Below, one piece after another: positions 37,118-49,800 of a stretch of DNA of 64,000 nt; the stretch's first letter is position 1; each line of letters begins with the position of its first letter. The stretch is taken from NCBI RefSeq assembly GCF_006345805.1, contig NC_043005.1, positions 4,836,001 to 4,900,000 of the forward strand, read 5' to 3'. Source of the stretch: Octopus sinensis. Taxonomy: Eukaryota. The translations under genes and the position numbers were made by a program. Under the pieces are notes generated by a model. That model saw only the letters and a program-made list of their open reading frames with translations. It was not told the DNA's origin and did no database searches.

Positions 37118-39662
37118 GTCCTCTCCTTTGTCTCTCTCCAACTGAGATAGTCTTATATCTCTCACTGCAACACACCTATTTCTTTCCCTCTATTCATACT
37201 CTGACTTCTCATCACCTGAGCCACCTCCCTCAATATTTCCTTCCTTCTCTGTTGAAGGGGTCTTGTCTAACAAGTTACTGGATGACCACATTGCTGCTGG
37301 TATTACACAAAAAGCACCCAATATACTTTGTAAAGTGGTTACCTTTAGAAAGGGCATTCAGCTGTAGGAAATCCTGCCAAGGCAGACAGGACTTGGTGCA
37401 GTCTTCTGTCAAACCATCCAACCCATACCAGCAGGAAAGCAGGACGTTAAATGAAGATGATTTACACACACACACACACACACACACTACATACACATAT
37501 GTATATTTTACTTTTCTAAGTTTAAAGCACCATCCGAACGTGGCAGTTGCCAGCGCTGCCTGACTGGCATCCATGTCGGTGACACGTAAAAGCACCAACC
37601 GATCATGGCCGTTTGCCAGCCTTCTCTGGCCCCTGTGCCAGTGGCAAGTAAAAAGCACCCACTACACTTATGGAGTGGTTGGCGTTAAAAAGGGCATCTA
37701 GCTGTAGAAACATTGCCAGATCAGACTGGAGCCTGGTGCAGCCTCCTGGCTTCCTAGATCCCGGTCGAACCGTCCAACCCATGCTAGCATGGAAAATGGA
37801 CGTTAAACGATGATGATGATGATGAAATTTAAAATCTTTCTAGAAGGGGCTGGTGGGTCAATTTTCACATTTCATTTCTCTGTGACTAATAAACCAACAA
37901 CCAGTAATTTACTAGTTTTGCAACCGAATATAACTTAGAAAAAGGCATAACTGCTGTACTTTCCCATCTCATCTCTCTGTCACACTTCTAAGGCAGTGTA
38001 TGTGTCTAATTAAGAAACTGTTCTTTTATAGGAACTAAAATCAGTGACCGAACAACCCAGGAGAAATTCTTTGAATCTAAGTAAGTCTTCATTTTTCTTT
38101 AATTTCATTTTTCTCCTGAATTGCATTTCTATTTTTCAATTTATTTTGAAAATGATTTCACATTAATTTATGTCCCAGATTAATAATAACAAACTTACTT
38201 TACCAAATTCTTCATTATTTTCAAAATTAATTGAAAGAAAAGCAGTGTGCTTTAATAAAAATATGGTAAAAAAAAGGGGTTAAAGTTATTTAAATTAAAA
38301 ATCTCATGTTAATTTATTTTCTAAGCACCAGATTAATAACGACAGAGTTATATGTAATGAATAGCTTCCAAATTTCTAAGCCAGGATTCAAAACTAAATC
38401 TACATTTTTCTACAAGTTCTCTTCTTGTGATCTTGTCTTTTGCACTATGAAACTGATTGTCACCCCTAGTCAAGTTCTATTGTTTAAGTTTGCTTTCTTG
38501 AGTTGAATAGGTTTCAGGCAGATAAAAGACAAAAAGTCCTTTGTCTAACCTGTCCTAAAACTATAAATATGCTGCCCCAAATGGGTTCTTCCTCTTTGGT
38601 TGCTCAGTCACCAGTTAAAGAGCATCTCTGCTTCTCAAGTCTGCCTTGTGTGACATCACAGCTCTTAGTCTTCCCCATCTCTAGAGATGAGGCGAAATTC
38701 ATGCAGAATGGACTATAAAAATAATTTGTGTACCACAATTCAAACAACTCAAAGCAGTTGTAACTTATATTGTAACGATGACAATAACGAGCAATTTCAA
38801 TTAACTATTGATGTTTCTCTTCTCTCATTTATTTGCAACATATTTCCATTACACTCATGCACACACACATTTGTTATTGTTGTTGTTGTTGTGTGGTATG
38901 TATTGAAATTGAATTTAAGATCTTTAATTTTTGTTGTCTCTTTTTTTTTTTGTTTCCAGCTGTATTTGGTCACAGTTCTGAGATTGTTAGCAAATCCGTT
39001 GCCTTGGCATCTTGGTCAGCAAAACCAGGTAAAAGGATTTGCTTATTTTACATTGACTCTTTTGACATGTTATCTTACTATTAAATTAATAAATCATATT
39101 GCTATTTAGACATATAATTACTATTTAGATATATTATATTGCTATTATACTAAATTATATCATATTATATTATGTAACTAGATGCAGGAGTGGCTGTGTG
39201 GTAAAAGCTACAGCAGTACATATTCTAAAATTGGAACAATCCAGAGAAGATTAGCATGGCCCCTGCACATGGATGACTCACAAATTCGTGAAGCATTCCA
39301 TATATTTAAAGGCAGCGAGCTGGCAGAAACATTAGCATACCGGACGAAATGCTTAGCGGCATTTTGTCTGCCGCCACATTCTGAGTTCAAATTCTACCGA
39401 GGTCGACTTTGCTTTTCATCCTTTCGGGGTCGATTAAATAAGTACCAGTTACACACTGGGGTCGATATAATTGACTTAATCCGTTTGTCTGTCCTTGTTT
39501 GTCCCCTCTGTGTGTAGTCCCTTGTGAGCAGTAAAGAAATAAGAAGATGGTTCTGGGTTCAGTCCCACTGGGTGGCACCTTGGGTAAGTGTCTTCTACTA
39601 TAGCCTCGGGCAGACCAAAGGCTTGTGAGTGGATTTGGTAGATGGAAACTGAAAGAAGCCTG

Positions 39663-39716
<54 letters not shown>

Positions 39717-39985
39717 TATATGTATGTATATATTGGTGTGTGTGTGTATCTGTGTTTGCTACCCCCACTATCAGTTGACAACTGATGTTGGTGTGTTTAC
39801 ATTCCTGTAACTTAGTGACTCGCTCAAAGATACTGATAGAATAAGTACTAGGCTTACAAAGAATAAGTCCTGGGGTTGATTTGCTCGACTAAAGGTGGTG
39901 CTCCAGCATGACCGCAGTCAGATGACTGTAACAAGTAAAAGAGAAAAAGAGAGCTATTTAGATCAGTTATTTCATGGTGTGTGTG

Positions 39986-40068
<83 letters not shown>

Positions 40069-43000
40069 GTATGTATGTATATGTGGGTACAGGACATCAC
40101 CAACAGTAAACAACATGAAATACAAAAACAAATGAGTTAAATATGCAAATAACGAGGGTAAAAATGGAAAACAAGACAATACAAAGAACAACCCTTCATC
40201 AGTTGTTGGCTGTCCATCTACTCCCCGTTTTGAGTGATCAACGACAATAGGAGTCTTTGAAGACAGTTGCTCCCATAAGTACCAAAATAAAATTTGGGGT
40301 TTATGGAGGATCAAAGTTAGGAACAAAAATAGAACAGTGGAGATATTCAGGGAAACCGAATGAAAACAGACATGAAGGGTCGTTAGACTTGAATGAGGGG
40401 AAAATAGTGAATGCTGAGAGAAATATTTTCTTTGAAAAGAGAAAAGATAGAAGAGGGAGATAGGGAACGTCCAGTCTTTAGAAGGTCGTTCAGGAAAGAA
40501 AGATGGACGATGGTCACATGTGAGCAATGAGAGAAAGACAAAGTGAAAGAGGGGGCGAGAGAGAGAGAGAGAGATAGGAAATGGGGAAAGGGAATTAGAG
40601 AGGATGTATGTATGTATACTGTAGGATCAGTTTGGTCAAATGTGGATATTTGCAGGTGTGGCTGTGTGATTGAGAAGTTTGCTTCTCAATCCCATAGTTT
40701 CAGGTTCAGTCCCACTGGATGACATCTTATGCAAGTATCATCTACTACTATAGCCCCAAGTTAGCCAAAGCCTTGTGAATGGATTTGGTAAATGGAAACT
40801 GAAAGAAGCCCATCATATATGTGTGTGTGCGTGTGTATACCTGCACACTATGTATGTATATGTGTGCATATGTTTGTGTCTCCTTATTGAGGTAGTGTAA
40901 GGATCACAGTCCAACAAGCAATGTCAAGACACTAATACACACACACACACACGTGTACACTAGGCCTCTTTCAGTTTCTCTCAACCAAACTCACTCAGAA
41001 AGCATTGGTTGGACCAGAGCTATAGCAGAAGAGACTTGCTGAAGGTGCCCTGGGATGGGATTGAACATGAACATCCATGAATACATGGTTGCGAAACAAA
41101 CTTCTTAATCATACAGGTATGCACAGATGTTTAAAAAAGCCAAAAAGAGTTAAGATAATACGATCATTCATTTTTTTCTTTTGTATTTTGTAGGAGAACC
41201 ACATTCTTCTCCATTTCTCAGAAGAGAGAAATCTTTGACCAAATCCTGGCAGTCACCAGAGAAACACAAGACATCAGGAGAGGTTCATTTCAACAAGACA
41301 ACAAAACCCGTTAAAGGACAGAAGTCTGAAGGTGAGGGATTTATCAATGGAAAAAAGTAAAGTGAAAAAAGAAAAACCAAAACAACCCTGATCCAAAAAT
41401 TGTTACTTTAGTTAATGTTTACGACACATTTTAAGTAATTGTGATGGAAGAATTTAGGATTGTTTTTCTACAATGATTTTGTTTGGATATTATTTGAAGG
41501 AGAGTTAGTTGTCATTTCTAACGGATTGAATAAGCATATAGAAGCAGATCTATTCACTTTTGTAGATTGATAGACAAAACTATTTCAAATATGGGCACAA
41601 GACCAGCAATTTTAGTAGGAGAGGGTCAGTCAATTACATCAACCCCAGTACATGACTGGTGCTGAATATTATTGACACCAGAAGGATGTAAAGCAAAGAG
41701 GACCCCAGCAGGATTTGAACTGAGAGCATAAAGAGCTGGAACAAATACCACTAAGTATTTTTGTCTGAGGCACTAACCATTCTGCCAGCACTGCAAAACT
41801 GAAAGAAATATTGCCAAGGACCACAAAGTATTTTTGACTGATTCTCAAAGGTTCTTCTGCCCACTGCTCCAATGCTTTTCATTTGTAGGAGAAACAGTTG
41901 AAATATTTTTTAAGTTAGTTTAGTTTTAATTGAATAATAATTGTTATTTGGTTGCTAAGTGACACGTAAAAAGCACCATCCGATCGTGGCCGTTTGCCAG
42001 CCTCGTCTGGCACCTGTGCTGGTGGCACATAAAAAGCACCCACTACACTCACGGAGTGGTTGGCGTTAGGAAGGGCATCCAGCCGTAGAAACATTGCCAG
42101 ATCAGACTGGGCCTGGTGCAGCCTTCTGGCTTCCCAGACCCCAGTTGCACCGTCCAACCCATGCCAGCATGGAAAACAGACCCTAAACGATGATGATGAT
42201 GATGATGATGATGAAAACTAGATATTTTTACAGTTAGGAGAAGTTCTGTTAGAATCCAGTCTGTAGATCGTAAGACAAAAGAAAAAAAAAGAGTACGGCA
42301 CTCGTGAGTAGAGAAGGAGGTGGTTTTATTATCGAGTGTTGACAGGCTAAAATCTGCTGACAGAACAGGTGCAGGCATCTTGTTATGGAAGAGATACATG
42401 GCAATAGAAAAATCAAAACCAAGTCTCTATTCGAAAGAAATGTTTTTTCAGACAAAAAAGAGAAGACTGGCTGGAATTCACTGACCAAAATCACTACCAG
42501 TACTTTTGATGAATTTTCCAACCAAACCAAAGGAAGTCCTTCCAAAACAACCAAAGTGGAATCGGTTCCGAAGATGAAAGATGTACGAAAATCTTGGGCC
42601 ATGGGTACCCATGAGGTGAGTATTTAAGTTTTATTGGAGTTTCAACTGAAAATATATCTTATAACTATTGTTGTTGTTTAGCCTTGGGACAACCCTGGTC
42701 GGAAAGACTTAGAAGTGGAAGCTTTCCAATTGTGACCATCCCTTCTGCATGGAACCCAGGAATTACAATATTTAACAGGTTCCTTTTTTAAGAATTGTAG
42801 ATAGGTGCTAGTGTGGTTATGTGGTTAAGAAGCTTGCTTCCCCGCTTCCTGGCACCTTGGGCAAATGTTGTCTACCATAGCTGCAGGCTGCCCAAAGCCT
42901 TGTGGATGGATTTGGTAACTGGAGGAAACTGAAAGAAGCCTACAATATATATGTAAGGCGGCAAGCTGGCAGAAATGTTAGCACGCTGGGCGAAATGCTT

Positions 43001-46000
43001 ATTGGTATTTCGTCTGTCTCTATGTTCTAACGAACAAACAGGACAATGATGAAAACAAGACAAACTAAAATAATTATAATAACTGTACATATACAATGAA
43101 AAAAATCTGTATGGCTACCAGACAGACAAATATGGGTAACGCAAAAGGACTGGAGACACAGGAAGGGAAGAAGTAAACAAACTGGGGAGGACAAACTAAA
43201 GGAGCACCAAGAAGTGTGACCAATGAAGTTGGTAACCCCATGGTGCCTCCAGTGAAAGAGTAGTCTCAATGATAACAGCATGAAACTATTATCATCTCTT
43301 GGACATTCACTGATGAGGAATTAGCTATGAATTTTTCCGTGTGTTTGGTTTTGTCAAATTTTCTGTGTTTTTATTAAATTTTTCCAGTTGTTGTTTTTAT
43401 AAAAATCCTCTTCCATCTTCTTGCTCTGTTAAAGTAATTGAGTAAAATTATATTAATGTGTCCGACTGATTAAAATTCTGTTTATTTGTGCAGCTGAGCA
43501 CAGCCCCGCATTTAAATTGATGTAATAATTGCATTGGTCAATTAAATGGAGCCGCTTGATACAGTCATACTGCATCACTGTTTAATATCCTGTTGCTTAT
43601 TTTGATTTATATATATATATATTCATTTAGAGATAGTAGGCTCCTTAAATTAAATTTAAATTCTTTTATATGGTGGGATGAAGGGGCCTACTATCTCTAA
43701 ATGTAAAAATATATATTTCCTCATTGAGAATAATTTGAACCCCTGTGATGCCGCAATTTTTATTCCCTAACAAATAAAATAAAATATATATATATGTGTG
43801 TGGGTGTATATATATATATATTTATACTTTATGTATGTACATTCCAGGAGGCAAACAACAGACCGACAACTCATTATATATCAATTACCAGCCCTAAATA
43901 TTTACACAGCAAAAAGAAGCCTAATGAAGATGAGTTATTCTCTGATGAGCTGCCATCTACTCCAAGTTTGAAGTCTTATAGATCTGAGAAGAGTATGGAT
44001 GCTTTTAGTAATTCTACATATACTCCCAGGTAACTAACACACCATGAATGGGGATTGTTTGATGTTTAGGGGTTAATAAGTTAATGAGTAGTTATCATCA
44101 TCATCGTTGTCATCTATATTACCATTGTTCATATCATTGCTACCACCACCACCACCACCACCATCATCCTTATTATTTCACATCTGTTTTCTATGTCCAT
44201 GCTGGCATGATTTGGGTGGTTCAACAGGATGCAGCGGGTCAGGGGTCCCCCTTGTACTCCAGTGTTTGCTTTGGCATGGTTTCTGTGTCTTGATGCCTTT
44301 CCTAACATGAACCACCTTACAGAATGTGCTACATACTATTTCTCATGGCACCAGTAATGTAGAGGCTGCCCCTGCTAGCAACCTTCTCAAGCCTTCAATT
44401 TGGTTTATTAACCACTTTACAGAGTATAGTGAGTACTCTTTTTTTGTGGTACAGCTCTGGTGTGAGTCTCTTGTAGCTCATAAGGCAAAAGAGAGCTCCC
44501 ATGATGAGTGGAACAGATTTTTTATTATTGTTGTGAAAGGATGACCCTGGAGAGAATGAAAGAAATTAGATTCAGCCCACCTTTGTTGATTGCTATTGTT
44601 GTCATTATTAAGAAACAATTATTTTAATAAACTCTTCATTATTTTCAAAATTAAATTAAATTAAACCAGTGTATTTTAGCAGAAATAGAGTAATGAAAAG
44701 GTTAATGAGTCAATCAATGAAACTCAAAACAGAATAATTTTGGTATTTATTGCAGATATTGAAAATGACAATTCTTTCTAATAATTCCTGCCATTTTTTA
44801 ATCATTTTTCTTTTTTTTTCATGAAGACGTGAAAGTTGTAAATCATTTAATGCTCTGAAGCATAAAGCGGAATTGGAAAGATTGATTATGCTGGAGAATC
44901 GAATGATCAGTCCGGAACCTTCTCTAACAGGTGAAGATGAAGAGATTGATGGTGCCATTGATTTGTTAGGTGAGTTGTAGAGTTTTTCTTGGACATGATT
45001 AATTATCAGTGATTGATGGGTCTTGCCTGAAAGGTTACAGGTATCACAGCATGTTTGTAATATCGTTATTGCTATTACGTCTACTTTTCCATGCTTGCAT
45101 GGGTCGGATGGAATTTGTTGAGGCAGACTTTCTAAGGCTGGATGCCCTTCCTGTCACAAACCCTTATCTGTTTCTAGAGAAAGGTAATATTTTCCTCGTG
45201 GCAAGACATGTCTGTTTCGGTGAAGGTGATGCTTGTTTGCAAGTAATGCCTGATGTCAAAGACAAGGAGATATAAACACACACACACACATAAATACACA
45301 GACACAAACATACACACACACACACACTGGCATGCTGACACTCACACACATGCTCACACAACAGGGTCTTCAGTTTCTGTGTACCAAATCCAACTCACAA
45401 GACTTTGCTTATCCTGGGGTATAGCAGGAGTCACTTGCTCAAGGTGAATTGAACCTGAAACTTTGAGCTTGGGAAGAGAACTTCTGTGCAGTTGGGCCAT
45501 ACATAATTTTAGCACTGCTAATTTATCAATTAGATTCTCTTACTATCATTCCTTTTACTGTCTTCTTATCTTCTTTGCCACTGTTAACCCCCCCCCTATT
45601 GATCCAGTTATCAAACATATGATAAAAGTAAACTTAGTGAATTATTAGGGAGCTGGCTTGTTGGCTGAGGTTCCCATGTCTGTGTCCTGTCACACATATC
45701 CTTAATTCATTTTGGGGGAGTCAACCCCTTTTGACAATAACCCACCTGAGACTATCCTTGCTCCTATGCTAAAAGCTTTCTCTTTTAAAGTAATCTAAAT
45801 CAAAACCTTCCATCAAAATTTCATGCTTATGTTTCAACTTGGTAAGAACAAAGTTGTTTTATTAAATTTTGTGTTATTTTCAAAATTAATTGAAAGAAAG
45901 ACAGAAATGTCAAGAAAAGAATTAAGTAGCCCTTTGTTCAAAGCCATGATCAGCCATTCTTTTTTACATCATCATCATCACCACCACCACCACCATCATC

Positions 46001-46801
46001 ATCATTTAATGTCCATTTATCACAATAAATCCCAGATTACATCCTCCAATGGTTTAGCCCTTTTAATACCTACCTACCTAAGACCACCACCCGGTTATAT
46101 GATGTAGACCTCTTGTTTTAAAGGGATCTAAATTAAAACCTTCCATCAATATTTCAGGTTAATTTGTTTTCCAAGCACCTGCTTAATAATGACAAAGTTA
46201 CCTTTATTAAATTCTTCATTATTTTAAAAATTAGTTGAAACAAAGGCAGTGTATTTCAACAAATATGATAAGAAAAGGGTGAAGTGCTTAACCTTTTGGC
46301 ACCAACTCATCAGAGATTGTCCCTGGTTCCATAATACAAACTACCTGTTTTAATGTGATCTAAATTAAAATTTTCCTTCAAAATTTCGTTTTGATTTATG
46401 TTCTGCCCACCAGCTTAAAAATGACAAAGTTATTTCACTAAATTCTTCAATATTTTCGAAAATGTATTGAAATTAAGGCAGAATGTTTTCAGCATGAATT
46501 TAACCCCAGTACTCTACTTTTAAGAAGGGTACCTATTCTAACATTTCTTTAACCGAACTGCTAAGTTATAGGGACATAAACACACCAACACTGGTTGTCA
46601 GGTGATTGTGGGAGAGAAATGCAAATGCTTACACACCCACATGTATGTATGTATATATATATATATCATCATCATCATCATCATAGTTTAGCGTCCGCTT
46701 TCCATGGGTTGGACGGTTCAACTGGGGTCTGGGAAGTCAGAAGGCTGCACCAGGCCCAGTCTGATCTGGCAATGTTTCTACAGCTGGATGCCCTTCCTAA
46801 C

Positions 46802-46836
<35 letters not shown>

Positions 46837-49800
46837 GATGGGCTTCTTTTGGTTTCTGTCAACCAAATCCACTCACAAGGCTTTGGTTGGCCTAAATCTA
46901 AAGGAGAAGACATTTGCCTAAGATGTCATGAAGTAGGACTGAACCCGGAACCATGTGATTGGAAAGCAAACTTCTTACCACACAGCCATGCCTGTCCCTA
47001 TATATATCCCCTGTATGTGTGTGTGTGTGTTCCCTCCTCCACCACTTGACAGTTAGTTTCAGTTTGTTTGCCTCCCCATGACTTAGTGGTTCAGCAAAAG
47101 GGACCAATAGAATATATTGCCAGGCTTTAAAAAAAGTAGATATCAGTTGTGATCAACTAAATCCTACAAGATAATGCTCCAGTATGGCCACACTCCAGTA
47201 GTTGAACAAGTTTACAAAAACATCTTTTGGAAATAATAAATTTTTACTATTTATTATCTTTTTGCAGAAAATCCCTCAGATTTGGAGTCCGAAGGAGTTT
47301 CTTCAGTTTCATCTGCTGGCTTCAAGCTGAGCAAGGTCAGTAATATTTTGGTAATTTAGCATTAAGCCATTTGGAAGTAGAGATCTAATGATGCCATGGA
47401 ATTAATAAAAGACACAGCAGAATCAAGAGGATAGAACTTCCCAGACAATCTTTCTGTATATAATGGCAAAAATGGCCAGTCAGCTGGTTGGTTAATTTTT
47501 CCTGCCATGCTTTCCATTGAACAGAAAGGGTGAGATAGAATAAAAGGAAGATATGGAGAGAAGTGACATCGAATGTGCCAGATGAATGGAAAGAGAGAAT
47601 CACAGAGACAGAGGAGTGAATGGTAAAGCAGTTCTAAGAGGAGTCGTGTGAATGAGAAATTTAATTCCTTAAATTATATTTTAAGATGGGATGGTAAGCG
47701 TTTTTGTTTTGAAAATTAAAATTAATCTCATCATTTTACCAAAGTACCAAGGAATTCGATAAAGTTAAATCATAACTACTGTATGTATGCCATATTGTCC
47801 GATATTACCCATGGTGGTAGAAGGGTAACTCCAGACTTACTTGTTATATGACAGGTAATATACTAGTAGAGATACTGTGATATATTTTGGTAAAACCACT
47901 GAATCTTTTTGTGACCATATTTCTAAATAAATATTTAATCCCATGTGGTCTAGTGGCTAGGATTCCTAGCCTTAACCCTAGTTGCCCGGGTTCGATTCTC
48001 GGCGTAGGAAATTTTTCAGCGGTGGTGCCCCAGCATGGCCGCAGCCTTCGGGCTAAAACATTTTTAAGGATTTTAAGGATTTAACTGGCACTCCATCGAT
48101 TACAACGACGAGGGTTCCAGTTGATCTGGTCAGCAAAACAGCCTGCAGGTGGTTGAGTACTCCCCAGACATGCGTACCCTTAAAGTAGTTCTCAAAGATA
48201 TTCAGCATTACACAGAATGTGACCCTTTGAAATAAAGGTACTACTCATTTTTTCCAGCTGAGTAGGCTGGAGCAATGTGAAATAGAGTATCTTGCTCAAG
48301 GACACAGTGCCTCACCAGGAATTGAACTCCCAACCTTACGATTCTGAGCTCATTACCCTAACCAATAAACCACATGCCTTCACTCTAAATAAATATAATA
48401 ATAATAATAATTATTATTATTATTTTAAATAAATATATTTCTTACCTCAGTGGTTTTCAAGCATTTTTTACCTATTGACCCCTCTGATGCCCATTTTACT
48501 CAGGTGGATCCCATAGTCATTTGAGGTTTTAAAAATCCTATTCTATTTTTATAATTAGATACTTTTATAAATTGTATAAAAAAAAATTATAAATATATTT
48601 TGTGTAGTGGGAGATGAGCATTCTACCACTGAACCACCAGTGTAGCAATTTGATTTTAAAATTTTAACAACAAAATCTTATATGAACCCCCAGGGATCAT
48701 ATGGACCATTGGCTTACATCTTTTGAAAATAATCAAGGATTTAAATGGATTTAGTCAAATAAATAATTTTTATAAGATTAAGTTAATACTTGGAACATAA
48801 CTCTAAGTTCCTACCAAGGACAAGGAGTGCCCTTAAGAAACATCAAAATGCTTGGTAATTGAGTATTTCAAAGTCAAAAAGGTTGGATTTTTTGGGAGGG
48901 CCATTCTTGTGTATGAAGCTGAAATCTGGATTAAGAAGGAGTTTTAAGAATACCTTACTGTTACGTATACTAGGCTTCTCAGTGGAGCATAAGCATGAGA
49001 CAAAAAGTAAATTTATGGACTTATTCCACCCACCTTTACTATTGTTACTCAGTATAGGTTAAGCTGTGCTTGGGATGACCACCAGGCTGTATCAGATGTT
49101 GGAGACTTCCACATCCTGATAGAGGACAAAGATCATTCAATTCATTGATGCTATTTGTAGACACCACATGAAATTGTGAACCTATCGCAGCCAACTTTCG
49201 AATTAAAATTTGTTTTGGCTCTAAACAAGATTTCACTTGCCACATGGCATTGAATGGCCCAATCAGTAACAAGCTACATCTCATCCAACTATAAAAGAAT
49301 GGGGTCACTTCCTTCCTGACAAATATAGGTCTAGAATATATGGAAATGTTTCATTTGTTACAGACTCTACGTCAAAGAGAAGATTCTCAAGTGAAACTGA
49401 ACATCAAGTAAGTTTTATCTTTAATATTTTCACTGTTTAAGGCAGTGAGCTGGCATCATTGTTAATGCATTGGACAAAATGCTTAGCAGCATTTCTTCCA
49501 ACTGTATGTGCTTCTGAGTTCAAATTCTGTTTTCCATCTTTTTGGGGTTGATAAGATAAGTACCAGTTGAATACTGGGGTCAAGGTAATCGACTTACCCA
49601 CTCCCACTAAATCGCTGACTTTCTGCCAAAATTTGAAATCAATATTTTCACTGTTATGTCTTGTATGTGTCTCATAGTTTTGGAAAATTGAAACATTTAT
49701 GATTTGATGGTGCTTGTGATGTAGAAGTGAGTACCATTCTCAGTGAGATTAAGACAAAGAAACTTAGATGCCTTGCCCAGTGGGGCACAATATAATGGCC

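Noticed and set aside
40150-40205. Minus-strand CTGATGA followed by AGGGT/ACCCT stem
   Set aside because: No GAAA after the stem and no cleavage triplet; part of a dispersed repeat.
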